Assembly: GCA_030741355.1 (NCBI GenBank)
Contig: JASLVM010000006.1
Coordinates: 1 to 58,433, forward strand
Length of the DNA stretch: 58,433 bases
DNA from: Poseidonia sp.
Lineage (GTDB): Archaea; Thermoplasmatota; Poseidoniia; Poseidoniales; Poseidoniaceae
Direction of reading: 5' to 3'
Of the stretch, positions 28,448 through 40,687 are shown in pieces. Both the position numbers and the translations under genes were made by a program. The notes under the pieces were generated by a model that did no database searches, was not told the DNA's origin, and saw nothing but the letters and a program-made list of their open reading frames with translations. Numbering within the stretch: the first letter of the stretch is position 1; each line of letters opens with the position of its first letter.

Positions 28448-28891
28448 ATGGACGACTGGAAGGCGCTCATTGACCAAGCCATGCAAATTGAAACGACCGA
28501 CACCATCGGAGCCCACGGGATGTACGAACACGCTGTTCGAGCGGCCCTCGCTCAGTCTCAGATGTTGCTGGGCGATTTGGAAGCCGCTCAAATCATCGAA
28601 TCCATTTACGGTGCTTTGGTGGCTTATTCACAGACCGTCATGCTTCGCATGAAAGCCGAAGACCCCGAGCCAGGGAGCGCCGACCACGCCTTCCGTGCTG
28701 GGCAAGCCTACGGCGTTAGCTGCATTCTGAACCACCTCATCGATCGCTTGACGGACGTTGCTGGCATCACCGCCTTGGGCGCTCTTGACGACTTTTCCGA
28801 TACACTCCACGACGAAATCATCGTCCAAGCCCGCGCGGCCGGTTTGATGGTTGAGTTGCTTGATGCGAAGGGCGAAATCCTTCTTGAGTGA
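28448..28891 (+). CDS. Hypothetical helical protein
   Basis: ATG 28448 (MDDWKALIDQAM...); coding-like composition; no family recognised. Confidence 0.75.
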   Translation: MDDWKALIDQAMQIETTDTIGAHGMYEHAVRAALAQSQMLLGDLEAAQIIESIYGALVAYSQTVMLRMKAEDPEPGSADHAFRAGQAYGVSCILNHLIDRLTDVAGITALGALDDFSDTLHDEIIVQARAAGLMVELLDAKGEILLE

Positions 28892-29009
28892 ACCTCGACA
28901 TTCTTGGGAAAACCGTGGCGCTCCGGCGCGATGGGAGTTCAACTCGCGTCGGTGGCTTCATAACGGGACGGACGGTCGGCAGGTTGCTTCATAGCATCGA
29001 GGGAGTCAA

Positions 29010-29375
29010 ATGAGCAACCCAGAACGTAAGACAAACGCCCAGTTGGTTGATACCATCAACCAGCTGAAAGCCCAGTCTCGCGACACCGGAGCTGCAGTTT
29101 GGCGAGATGTGGCCTTGCGCCTCTCAAAGAGTCGCAAGAATTGGGCCCAACCCAATCTGAGCCGTGTGAGCCGCTATGCCCCCGAGGGTGCCACCATCCT
29201 CGTTCCAGGCAAGTTGCTCGGCTCGGGTGAGTTGACCAACGGTCACACCATCGCCGCCTACAGCGTCAGCAACGGTGCCCGTGAGAAGATAGAAGCCGCT
29301 GGAGGTCGAATCATGACCTACGGCGAGCTGATGAACGAAAACCCAACAGGAACGGGGGTTGTTATCCTTGGCTGA
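29010..29375 (+). CDS. rpl18e: 50S ribosomal protein L18e
   Basis: KTNAQL..I..L, VWRDVA.RL, NLSRVSRY, VPGKLLGSG, AREKIEAAGG. Confidence 0.96.
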   Translation: MSNPERKTNAQLVDTINQLKAQSRDTGAAVWRDVALRLSKSRKNWAQPNLSRVSRYAPEGATILVPGKLLGSGELTNGHTIAAYSVSNGAREKIEAAGGRIMTYGELMNENPTGTGVVILG

Positions 29376-29856
29376 TGCAACCACCTACGTGTTCGATGCA
29401 GACGGCCTCATCTTGGGTCGTCTTGCGTCCGCTTCCGCCGACCTCCTGTTGAAGGCCGCACGCGAAGACCGCGATGACAAAGTCATCATCATCAACGCAG
29501 AGAAGGCCATCATCTCCGGTCGTCCACGATCCGTTCTTGACAATTATCACAAGAAGTACGAACTGAACCATGCCCGTAAGGGTCCGTTCTTCCCTCGTAT
29601 GCCCGACATGATTCTCAAGCGAGCCGTTCGAGGTATGCTGCCTTACCAAAAGAAGAGCAGCGGCCGACGAGCCCTTCGAAACCTCCGTGTCGAGATCGGT
29701 TGCCCCAACCACCTTTCAGGCGACTTGCCTGAAGGCCATGAGCGAGGCGACGATAGCAAATTCCGCCGAGACCTGCCTGACCGCTACATCCGTTTGGGTG
29801 ATGTCAGCGCAGACTTGGGAGCACCCGCTCACCGATGGACGGGAGGTGACCAGTGA
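29368..29856 (+). CDS. rpl13: 50S ribosomal protein L13
   Basis: DADGLILGRLAS, IINAEKAIISG, KGPFFPRMPD.ILKRAVRGMLP; TTG start overlapping the rpl18e end. Confidence 0.96.
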   Translation: MADATTYVFDADGLILGRLASASADLLLKAAREDRDDKVIIINAEKAIISGRPRSVLDNYHKKYELNHARKGPFFPRMPDMILKRAVRGMLPYQKKSSGRRALRNLRVEIGCPNHLSGDLPEGHERGDDSKFRRDLPDRYIRLGDVSADLGAPAHRWTGGDQ

Positions 29857-30287
29857 TGGCACGTAAGAAGAAGTCTGTTGAATCCTCTGGAAAGCGAAAG
29901 ACCGCCGTTGCCCGTGCCAGCGTCAAAGCCGGTAAGGGCCGTGTTCGTGTGAACTCCGAACCCATTGAAATCATGCAGCCCTCGCTGGCTCGCCGTAAGT
30001 CAATGGAGCCCCTTGTCATCGCTGACGCCATGAATCGATTGAGCAAAGTCGACATCTCGGTCACCACCAACGGTGGAGGCATCATGGGTCAAACCGACGC
30101 CATCCGAACCGCCATTGCCCGTGGTCTTGTCCACTACAACGGTGGCGCAGAAGGTGTTGATGAAGAACTTCGAGACGAGTATCTGCGATTTGATCGCAGT
30201 CTTCTGGTGAACGACCCGCGACGCAAGGAGCCCAAGCACCAACTTGGCCGTGGCGCTCGCCGAAAGAAGCAGAAGTCCTATCGATGA
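29853..30287 (+). CDS. rps9: 30S ribosomal protein S9
   Basis: SGKRKTAVARA, GGGIMGQTDAIRTAIARGL, DPRRKEPK..GRGARRKKQKSYR. Confidence 0.97.
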   Translation: MMARKKKSVESSGKRKTAVARASVKAGKGRVRVNSEPIEIMQPSLARRKSMEPLVIADAMNRLSKVDISVTTNGGGIMGQTDAIRTAIARGLVHYNGGAEGVDEELRDEYLRFDRSLLVNDPRRKEPKHQLGRGARRKKQKSYR

Positions 30288-30293
30288 GGTGAG

Positions 30294-30500
30294 ATGATGA
30301 TTATTCCAGTACGATGTTTCAGTTGTGGCGCTGTCGTCGCCCACAAGTGGGAAGAATTCAAGCAATTGGTTGCCGACGGTAAAAGCGATGCTGAAGCCCT
30401 TGATGAAGTGGGCTTGAAGCGTTATTGTTGCCGACGGATGTACGTTGGACACCTTGACCTCATCGAAGAGGTTGCACCGTTCAGCGCATCACGCAACTGA
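30294..30500 (+). CDS. rpoN: Archaeal RNA polymerase subunit N (Rpo10)
   Basis: [11 protein letters not shown]...[14 protein letters not shown]. Confidence 0.97.
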   Translation: MMIIPVRCFSCGAVVAHKWEEFKQLVADGKSDAEALDEVGLKRYCCRRMYVGHLDLIEEVAPFSASRN

Positions 30501-30510
30501 GGATTTCCTC

Positions 30511-30588
30511 GGGCCCGTGGGTTAGCTTGGCCTATACTTGGCGGCTGGGGGCCGTCAGACCCCGGTTCAAATCCGGGCGGGCCCACCA
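30511..30588 (+). tRNA. tRNA-Pro (GGG), CCA encoded
   Basis: GGGCCCG/CGGGCCC acceptor, GGCGG-CTGGGGG-CCGTC anticodon arm, CCCGG-TTCAAAT-CCGGG T-arm, ACCA end. Confidence 0.96.
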
Positions 30589-30639
30589 CCTTCCTTGCGT
30601 TGTGTGAACACATCCTAGACGCGAAGCCTTGGGGTTGAT

Positions 30640-33600
30640 ATGGCGCCACCGCAACGCCAGTTCATGCGACAAGGTCGTGCACTGAGCATGGTGACGCTTC
30701 TCCTGACGGTTCTCCTTCTCCCAATGGTGAGTGGAGCGGACAGTACCGTATCGACCAACACCACGTGGTCGGGAAACATGGTCCTTACCGGTAATGTGAC
30801 CGTTGCTAACGGTGTGACGCTGACCGTTTCCCCCGGAACCAGCATCGACGCCAAATCCTACGCCATCGTTGTCGAAGGGACACTGGTCGCCGACCAGGCT
30901 TCGTTTTACTCTTCCATCGTTCCGGAAACACAGGGGTCTCACGGTCAAGGGCTATGGCCCGGCCTTGTGATCGAATCAGGTGGCCAAGCCAATTTGACCG
31001 AAGTTACCGTGGCCAATGCTTCTGCTGGTGTGCTGGTTCGAGGTGCATTCAACGGTTCAGACGTGGTGTTCAACGACGCTTATCGTGGTCTTTCGGTGAT
31101 GGGCGGTCATGCCGTCGTCACTGGCTTTGAAGCAAATAGAATGGATTACGAAGCGCTGTATGTCGAAAGCGGTTCGCTTGATTTGAACAACGGAACGGCC
31201 ACGGAGGTGGCGGTTGGCCTGGCCAATTACGCCACGGCAAACCTGGTGGAATACACCGTTAATGAGGCGGGCGTTGGTGTTCAATCGTACGGTGGAACAC
31301 TCGACCTTAACGGCCTTGGTGTTTACAACGCAAGCGTTGGATTTGCTACCGCATCGGGGGCTTCGTCCTCGGTTCAGACATTCATGGGGAGCGGTCTGGC
31401 GTTGGCCATTGACGCTGGCGATGCCGATGATTTTGAAATGCACTTTGCACGCTTACAAGGCGAACGAATGGTGCTTGGCCAGAGCGTTTCTTCATTGCAC
31501 TTCGATGATGTTGAATTTGTATCTACATCCTCTACGGAGATGCGGCCGGTGTTTGATGTCAGTTGTGACGGCTTTTGCAAGCTGGAAAACAGCCTCATTG
31601 AGGGCGAGCCGCGCCTGGGAGCCTCTTGGTCGGGCATCGGAACATCACAGATGACGAACGTGTCCATTTTTGCTGCTGAGCAAGCGGTGGAAGCTACGGG
31701 CAGTGGCCATGCGGAATGGACAAACCTGACCGTTAACGCCTCTCAAACCGGCGTATCGGTTCAAACACCGACGAGTACGCTGTCTAACATCGTGGTTGAG
31801 CTGACATCAGCCGATGGCGTTGGCGTGGACGTTCTTGGCGGTGTGCACGATTGGGGGACCGTCACCGTGGAGAAATCCTTCCTTTCAACCGACACGACCT
31901 CCATCGGGTTGAAGGCATGGTACAGCGACCTTTCCATCGGTCATTTCACCTCGCGAAACACCTCGACCGGCATGATGTTGGAAGACAGTTCGGCGGTGGC
32001 CCAAACCGTTGAAAACAACATCGGAAGCCTCGTCGGCGTCCATCTGATCGATTCCACTTACCGTGGCTCGGACCTCACCACCATCGCACAGGACGAAGGC
32101 GTACTGATGGAAGGGGAAGCCGACCTCCACCTTTCGTCCTGGACGGCCCAACTTCACGACACACCTCTGATGATGTCTACAGGGAGCACCGCCATCGTCC
32201 GTGTGTTCAACCCGTTGAACACCGCTCCCACCTCTGCTGATGCGCTTGGCGACGGTACGCTGTATTACGGCTCAACCTACAATCCAACCATCAGCACATC
32301 CGCTTCCTATCGTTTGATTGAAACGGACGTCACTTTCACGGATTTGGCCGCTCAGCCGGTTGAGGCTCACGTTGTCGTTCACGGTTTTGCCTTGATGAGC
32401 AACAGCAACGGGGCTCTCACCGTCCCGCTTGTGAACAGTGGCTCGGTGGTCGACGCCACCCTGCAGGGTGCAGGGGTCCGCGTCACCCTTTACGGCGGCC
32501 AGACCGGTCAATCCGTTCAAGTTCCCGTGATTCCACAAGGAGACTGGACCATTTCTTCTGGTCAAGACGTCGTCCTCGGCCCTCGGCCCGACGGTCAACC
32601 CCACCAACTTTCAGGGGATTTGACGGTCGCCAACAACGGGGCTTTGACCTTGGTTTCTACGGATGTGACGTTGGCTCCAGGACAGACGATTACCGTGGAA
32701 GGTACGGGCCAACTCATCGGAGAAGACGCCACCATCACGGCCGACGCCCTCCAAGCCAGCGGCCAGAGCGTGTTGACCGGGACCGATTCTGCTTCACTCA
32801 CGCTCGACATGAACGTTCAATGGGGATGCTTGAGCGACCGGGAAGTGCAGCACCTCAACATCCTCGGTTCACTGGTTGTTCAACCGGGATGCGAGATCGA
32901 CATCATGGGCGGAAGCGTAGAAGGGACCATCACCGCCATGACGGGAGCCGTGTTCACCAGTTCGTCAACGCTTGACCTTGTGGTGCTGGACAAAGGCGAA
33001 CCGGTTGAAGGCGCTCTGATTTCCATTGAAGGAGCGGTTGCGATGACCGATGCCAACGGCGAACTGTCAACCGAAACCGTCGCACGGAGCGTCACCGATG
33101 TTGGTGAAACGTGGGAAGGCATCAAGACCGTTACCCTTCAACGCAACAACTTCTCTGACTTCGTCACATGGGACACCAACCGTTCACTGACGCACACGTT
33201 CATGGCGTCCACGGTACCCAGCGGCGAAATATCAGGCTGGCTTGTCCTCGAGCGCCAGTGGAGCCCCTACACGTTGGACCACTCTCTTGTCCTGCAAACC
33301 GCTTCCACCATGACCGTCCAAGACGGCGTCTCCCTGCGAATTTCAGAGAGCGCTACCATCACGGTGAACGGGGTGCTTGATGTCGGCGAAGCCACCCTCT
33401 CCTCCACGGGCTTTGGTGCTCGATGGGGCGGTCTTGCTCTCGGACCTTCAACGGCCGCCGTGATTGAACTCTCGGGGTCGCAACTGATTGAGTCTGCTCC
33501 AGCGTTGACCGTTTCTGGATTGGGTTCCGTCCAAGCGGACGGCGTGTTCATGGCGCGTTCCGCAAGCGACCCGTTGGTCGTGGTAGAATCCGGAAGTGCG

Positions 33601-35331
33601 GCCTCGTTGGTCGTTCGAAACAGCCACCTGCAAAACGGGAGCGGCTGTGCCCAAATTTACCCCTCTACCGGGTTGATCACGTTCAGCAACGTGAGTTTTG
33701 CCGATTGTGAAGAACAAGCGATTTGGGCGCAACAAGCCCCCTTGGATTTCTCCGCGTTAACGTTGGCGGAGGGTACGAATTGGGGCTTGGAGTTGACCGG
33801 TGTTTCAGGCTCGGTCAACGGCGTAGATGCAACCCAATTTCAAGGAACAGGCCCCATTCTCTCGTTGAACAGCATCATGTCGGATTTCTCGCTGACCGAC
33901 GTGGTGGGGACGGTATCGGGTCAAGCCGGGATCGTTGGTGAGAACAACGAAGACATCACCGTTGAGCGAGTTCATCTCACGGGTGCTCCCGCCATCGATG
34001 TCGACCGAACATCCGGCCTCTTCTCCGACATCACGCTGGAGGGAGAAGGCAGCGGCACCGCCTTCATCTCTCATCACGGTCGTTCATCGGATTCGCTGGT
34101 GGTGGAAAACCTCAACATAACAGGATACAATGTCGGTGTTTCGCTTCATTCGGACCCTGGTGAAATCAGTGCACCGTTGGTGCTGCGCAACGCCCACATC
34201 GTGGTCTCAAGCGCTTTGGCAACGGAAGAATTCCCGGTTCGCATGGAGTCTTGTTCCCTCGTTGGCGGGGTTGATGTCGCCTTCACCGAGGTGGTTTCGG
34301 TGGACGGTCAAGTCGGGACGGTCTCGGTCAGCGAGGGCGGTGAATTCTCGGCCTACCGCACGATGGTGCTTGATGCACAGCGAGCAGGAGTGCCGGTTTT
34401 GGCGACGTTTACGGTCGGTTATGGAAACGAACTTCTCGAGTCCTTCAGTATTCAAGGCACCACCGTCGATGTTGAACTTCTGTTGCGCACCATCACGGAA
34501 ACAGAAGAATCGGTGGCTTCCGAATGGGTGGTGCAGGCCGCAGTGTCCGGTTCACCGTTGGCCGAAAGAACGGTGGAATCGCCCGTGGCGGCCCCGTCGC
34601 TGTTGGTCATCACCGTTTTGGTGAACCAACCGCCTGTGGTTCAGTTGGTTGAACCCTACGCCGGTCAGCGCGTGATGGAAGGGGATTTCATCCGAGCCTC
34701 TGCTACGTTTACCGATGACATGGACGGTGACGGTGACTTGGTCATCTCTTGGCGGGTGTACGACCTCGCGGGCGTCACTGTGTCGCAAGCCGGAAACGAA
34801 CCCGTGTTCAATATCACGGATTTGACGGCTGGATTCTACATCGTGGAGGTCACGGTGACCGATACTTACGGAGAACAAGCGACGGCTTCCATGGACTTCG
34901 AATACACCTTGTTGGATACCGATAACGACTGGTCTTCATCGTGTTCATCGGACACGTGGTTTGACCCCAACACCGGGAAATCCTGCGGACCGAACATCTA
35001 CGACCAAGACGATGATAACGACGGGTTCAGCGATGAAAAGGACGCGTTCCCACTGGACCCTTGCGCTCAAATTGACACCGATGGCGATACCCAGCCCGAT
35101 GATTTGGACTGTCCCGACGGCTTCACGAGCTGGTTGACCGAGGACATGGACGATGACGGTGATGGAACACCGGACGTGTTGGAGGGCACCGAAACCAACG
35201 ATGCTGATGTAGACGTGAACGGACTGATGGTGGTCTTGGCCCTCTTTGTGGTCGTCGCCCTGCTCTTCTTTGCCCGTCTGCGCCGCGGGGGTCCGGGCGA
35301 CTTGACCTCGCTTGATCAACAACACCTCTGA
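30640..35331 (+). CDS. Large surface protein: parallel beta-helix (pectin-lyase-like) repeats, PKD/Ig domain, TSP3 repeats, C-terminal TM
   Basis: Signal peptide; NTTWSGNMVLTGNVTVANGVTLTVSPGT helix cap recurring near SPYTL..; VNQPPVV PKD-like start; DTDGDTQPDD repeats; TM + RLRR. Start may be ATG 30664. Confidence 0.85.
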   Translation: MAPPQRQFMRQGRALSMVTLLLTVLLLPMVSGADSTVSTNTTWSGNMVLTGNVTVANGVTLTVSPGTSIDAKSYAIVVEGTLVADQASFYSSIVPETQGSHGQGLWPGLVIESGGQANLTEVTVANASAGVLVRGAFNGSDVVFNDAYRGLSVMGGHAVVTGFEANRMDYEALYVESGSLDLNNGTATEVAVGLANYATANLVEYTVNEAGVGVQSYGGTLDLNGLGVYNASVGFATASGASSSVQTFMGSGLALAIDAGDADDFEMHFARLQGERMVLGQSVSSLHFDDVEFVSTSSTEMRPVFDVSCDGFCKLENSLIEGEPRLGASWSGIGTSQMTNVSIFAAEQAVEATGSGHAEWTNLTVNASQTGVSVQTPTSTLSNIVVELTSADGVGVDVLGGVHDWGTVTVEKSFLSTDTTSIGLKAWYSDLSIGHFTSRNTSTGMMLEDSSAVAQTVENNIGSLVGVHLIDSTYRGSDLTTIAQDEGVLMEGEADLHLSSWTAQLHDTPLMMSTGSTAIVRVFNPLNTAPTSADALGDGTLYYGSTYNPTISTSASYRLIETDVTFTDLAAQPVEAHVVVHGFALMSNSNGALTVPLVNSGSVVDATLQGAGVRVTLYGGQTGQSVQVPVIPQGDWTISSGQDVVLGPRPDGQPHQLSGDLTVANNGALTLVSTDVTLAPGQTITVEGTGQLIGEDATITADALQASGQSVLTGTDSASLTLDMNVQWGCLSDREVQHLNILGSLVVQPGCEIDIMGGSVEGTITAMTGAVFTSSSTLDLVVLDKGEPVEGALISIEGAVAMTDANGELSTETVARSVTDVGETWEGIKTVTLQRNNFSDFVTWDTNRSLTHTFMASTVPSGEISGWLVLERQWSPYTLDHSLVLQTASTMTVQDGVSLRISESATITVNGVLDVGEATLSSTGFGARWGGLALGPSTAAVIELSGSQLIESAPALTVSGLGSVQADGVFMARSASDPLVVVESGSAASLVVRNSHLQNGSGCAQIYPSTGLITFSNVSFADCEEQAIWAQQAPLDFSALTLAEGTNWGLELTGVSGSVNGVDATQFQGTGPILSLNSIMSDFSLTDVVGTVSGQAGIVGENNEDITVERVHLTGAPAIDVDRTSGLFSDITLEGEGSGTAFISHHGRSSDSLVVENLNITGYNVGVSLHSDPGEISAPLVLRNAHIVVSSALATEEFPVRMESCSLVGGVDVAFTEVVSVDGQVGTVSVSEGGEFSAYRTMVLDAQRAGVPVLATFTVGYGNELLESFSIQGTTVDVELLLRTITETEESVASEWVVQAAVSGSPLAERTVESPVAAPSLLVITVLVNQPPVVQLVEPYAGQRVMEGDFIRASATFTDDMDGDGDLVISWRVYDLAGVTVSQAGNEPVFNITDLTAGFYIVEVTVTDTYGEQATASMDFEYTLLDTDNDWSSSCSSDTWFDPNTGKSCGPNIYDQDDDNDGFSDEKDAFPLDPCAQIDTDGDTQPDDLDCPDGFTSWLTEDMDDDGDGTPDVLEGTETNDADVDVNGLMVVLALFVVVALLFFARLRRGGPGDLTSLDQQHL

Positions 35332-35340
35332 GGTTGAACC

Positions 35341-35895
35341 ATGGTTGAACTCCCTTCAGCAGAACCCGTGGCTGTTGCGGCTGTTGTGGTCCTTGCCTGC
35401 ATTGTGGTTTGGGACGCCTTTTGGCTGACCAAACAACGTCGAGATGTACCTGAATTGGGTCGCCTTCCTGGAGGTGGCTTTGCTTGGGCCAGCGAAGGCG
35501 TACACGAAATGGTCCGTCAGTGGGGGAACCTCGGGTCCATGGCCGCCATGATGGTGCTTCCATGGGCGTTGTTGGAAGCGAGCAACACACCGGTCATTTA
35601 CGCCATCCTTTGGGATGTGCTGCTGTCCCTCCATCTCATTTCCCTGCTCATTCCAAAACGCTACGCCATCACCTCGACTCATCTGTTTGCCGATGGACAA
35701 CGCTACCCTTGGGACCGTCTTCGCTTGGCGAAGCGTCAACCAAAGCGGCGCATCATGCTCCTGCGCAACGGTTGGGGGCCGTTTGGTCCACTTCCTCTTG
35801 GTGGCGATTCTGACTCGTTGGGGGTTGCCCGTGAATACATCAAGGCCATGGAGCAAGCACGCCGTAGCGATGTTCTCAGCACAGAGGACGAGTGA
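35341..35895 (+). CDS. Hypothetical membrane protein (3 TM + small soluble C-terminal domain)
   Basis: Three hydrophobic segments then YAITSTHLFADGQRYPWDRL, a pattern seen in bacterial PH-like membrane proteins. Confidence 0.75.
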   Translation: MVELPSAEPVAVAAVVVLACIVVWDAFWLTKQRRDVPELGRLPGGGFAWASEGVHEMVRQWGNLGSMAAMMVLPWALLEASNTPVIYAILWDVLLSLHLISLLIPKRYAITSTHLFADGQRYPWDRLRLAKRQPKRRIMLLRNGWGPFGPLPLGGDSDSLGVAREYIKAMEQARRSDVLSTEDE

Positions 35896-35932
35896 ACGGC
35901 AGCCTCATGACCCACCAACGTGAGCCCGAACC

Positions 35933-36361
35933 ATGGAGTGGACGCGTAGCGGTGACGACCTGTTTGTGAGATTGGATCCGGGCGAAGAAATTCATGCAAG
36001 TTTGCAGGCTTTGGCTGATGAAGTTGGCTTTGATGCTGCAGCCATCACCAGCGGTATTGGCCGAACCAGGAACAGCACCTACGGCTACATGGACGACGAC
36101 CATGTGTATCATCGCGTGAACCTTGAGGGCGGGTCAGAATTGGTCACGCTCCAAGGTAACCTTGCTCGTCGAGAAAGCGGGGAGGCGTTCACTCATCTTC
36201 ATGCAACCCTTTCCGACGATGACCTCAAGCCTCATGCAGGGCATCTGTTTTCGGCCACCGTTCACGTCGTTGCAGAAATTCACCTCCGTCTCTTGACCGA
36301 AGCCATCATGACGCGATGCCCACTCGTGGACAGTGAATTCGTCGCTCTGAAGTTTGGTTAA
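35933..36361 (+). CDS. PPC domain (DUF296) putative DNA-binding protein
   Basis: VRLDPGEEI, GIG, ELVTLQGN, HLHATLSD, AGHL, VAEI. Confidence 0.92.
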   Translation: MEWTRSGDDLFVRLDPGEEIHASLQALADEVGFDAAAITSGIGRTRNSTYGYMDDDHVYHRVNLEGGSELVTLQGNLARRESGEAFTHLHATLSDDDLKPHAGHLFSATVHVVAEIHLRLLTEAIMTRCPLVDSEFVALKFG

Positions 36362-38614
<2,253 letters not shown>

Positions 38615-39418
38615 TCAGCCGTAAAGCATGGCGTTGGAGGCCGGGCTGCCTTTGTCGGAGCCGCCAGCCGATTCCATCAAGGCCGAAATCTGGGCTTCAA
38701 GCATTTCAGCCTCGGCCAGCAACGGTTCCTGTGGTAGGTTGATGCTTGGCAACAGCGTATTCAGCCGTTCAATCAGCGCCGCTGCTGCTCGTGCGTCGGG
38801 CCAGCGTGGGTCGGCTTCCACCATGATGGACATCGTACCGAGCCCACGGCGAGAGGCTTCACTGAGGATACCAGCGTTCATGCCACGAATCACACCCGAC
38901 TCCAACAAAGGAATGTCCATCTCCTTGAGCATCTTTCGAACGGTTTCGTTGCAACCGATACCGACCACGTCAATCTCTTCGGTGTCTTCGTATTCCACCA
39001 CCGGGTCAACGCCCTCCATGCCGCTCTTCATGCCGGCTTTCGCAAAGGCGTCCACGACCACGCCTGCCAAGACTTGGTGTTCCTTGGACCACTCAAACAG
39101 CGCCCACACGATCTTGTGCACAAGGGATTCTGGAACCACCATTTCACTCATGAGCAAAATGACTTGGTCACATCCCTCAATCGTGCATTGAGGCTTACCG
39201 GCGTAAGCTCGGATGGGCGGGAGGGGAACGCCTTGATTGATCATGGCGAGAGCCGGAAGGCGTTCGTCAACGAGGCCGCCCACAAATTCCAAGTCAAGAT
39301 GGTCGATGAGATAATGCGCCACAATGCTTGAGACCATACCCACGCTTGGGAAACAGGCGATGACCATGGCATTCTCGTTCTCAATCAAGGCGTTGATGCG
39401 CAAACTGGGGCTATCCAT
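38615..39418 (-). CDS. PAC2 family proteasome assembly chaperone / activator (Pba-like), HbYX C-terminus
   Basis: ACFPSVGMVSSIVAHYLIDHL, PPIRAY, PDARAAA; ends MLYG. Confidence 0.9.
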   Translation of the reverse strand: MDSPSLRINALIENENAMVIACFPSVGMVSSIVAHYLIDHLDLEFVGGLVDERLPALAMINQGVPLPPIRAYAGKPQCTIEGCDQVILLMSEMVVPESLVHKIVWALFEWSKEHQVLAGVVVDAFAKAGMKSGMEGVDPVVEYEDTEEIDVVGIGCNETVRKMLKEMDIPLLESGVIRGMNAGILSEASRRGLGTMSIMVEADPRWPDARAAAALIERLNTLLPSINLPQEPLLAEAEMLEAQISALMESAGGSDKGSPASNAMLYG

Positions 39419-39502
39419 GAAGCAGGGTGCGGCTTGCTGCCCTTCAACACTTTCCCCGTTTGGTCACCAAACCTTCATCATCAACAACGCTCACCTCACA
39501 AC

Positions 39503-40687
39503 ATGGATGAGGGCGCTCCTGAGACGAAGAGAGCGCACCAACTCTCCCCCTCCGCTTGGAACCGGTACGAAACCTGTCCCCGAATGTATTGGCTGAGTCG
39601 ACAACGCCTTCCTCGTAAAGCGGGCATGGCGGCTTCATTGGGTACAGCGGTCCACGCTTCCATTGAAGACCTGCTCAACATGGATTTGACGGGCAGAGAC
39701 GACGGCGAGTCAGGCTGGCTACCTCTCCAAGCAGAACGATTTCTGAAGGCACGTTGGGACGAGGAGAAAACCGTCTTCATGGCCACGCCTCGACGCCCTG
39801 ATTGGAAGGATGCGAAATGGAGCGAAGCCAAGAAACAACAGCGCGGAGGGGTCGTCTTGCTTCTCGACCATATCGGCGCCAAACACCTCAGCCACGAGCA
39901 GGTGACCGTCGCCTTGTGGAAGCATCTTCAATCCTTGACCATCGCCGTAGAAGGTGAACTCCGAACCGGTGACGGACGTTTGATGGGGCGACTCGACCTC
40001 CTCTTTGCGGACGTTGACGAAGCCGGTGAAATGCAGGGTTGGTTGGTCGCTGATTTGAAAACCGGCCACGCTCCGACCGAAGAGCTGAAGCCCGAGGTGA
40101 ACCGACAACTTCGGATGTACCGGGACATCTTGTTGGCCAACAATCCCGCTGCCCCACCCGTTCGAACCGAAGGCTGGTACACCAAAACGGCCTCAAAATG
40201 GGCGGCTAAAGGCGAGAGTGTTCTCGAACAAGCCTACGCCGCTTGGGAGGCGACCCAGCCGACCACCATGCCCATGGTGCCAACGCCCGGGCCGGACAGT
40301 TGCGGTGGGTTTTGCGACTGGAAAGCGTGGTGCCCACACTGGTGGACATGGCGCCAAGAATCGGGCACACTGCACCAGGGTGATTTCTGCGATGCCGTGG
40401 TGCTCCTTCATCGGTACGAGCGAACCTCAGGGGCTGCGGTCTTGGAACTGTGTGAGCCCTTGGACGCCACCGGCCGGGCCATTCCGACCGGTCAACAAAT
40501 TTCAGCCAGATTTGACGGCCGAGGGAAAGAGGTGCTTGAAGCGCTCCAGGCTACGGGCCATCAGGGCGCGTTGTTCCTTGGTTCGGTCATGAAGAGTCGT
40601 GGAACCTGGCGCATTGGACCGTGGTGCGATGTGCTGCCGTGGTCGCCACTGCCCGATGATGTTCCATACGAGCGAGCGACTTCATGA
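39503..40687 (+). CDS. PD-(D/E)xK RecB/Cas4-like nuclease with 4-Cys Fe-S motif
   Basis: LSPSAWNRYETCPR, GTAVH, VEGEL, GRLDLL, DLKTG, QLRMY, CGGFCDWKAWC. Start ATG 39503. Confidence 0.9.
   Translation: MDEGAPETKRAHQLSPSAWNRYETCPRMYWLSRQRLPRKAGMAASLGTAVHASIEDLLNMDLTGRDDGESGWLPLQAERFLKARWDEEKTVFMATPRRPDWKDAKWSEAKKQQRGGVVLLLDHIGAKHLSHEQVTVALWKHLQSLTIAVEGELRTGDGRLMGRLDLLFADVDEAGEMQGWLVADLKTGHAPTEELKPEVNRQLRMYRDILLANNPAAPPVRTEGWYTKTASKWAAKGESVLEQAYAAWEATQPTTMPMVPTPGPDSCGGFCDWKAWCPHWWTWRQESGTLHQGDFCDAVVLLHRYERTSGAAVLELCEPLDATGRAIPTGQQISARFDGRGKEVLEALQATGHQGALFLGSVMKSRGTWRIGPWCDVLPWSPLPDDVPYERATS

Noticed and set aside
39503-40687. CRISPR-associated Cas4 assignment
   Set aside because: No cas1/cas2 or array in the window, and the protein is longer than typical Cas4; treated as a solo PD-(D/E)xK nuclease.
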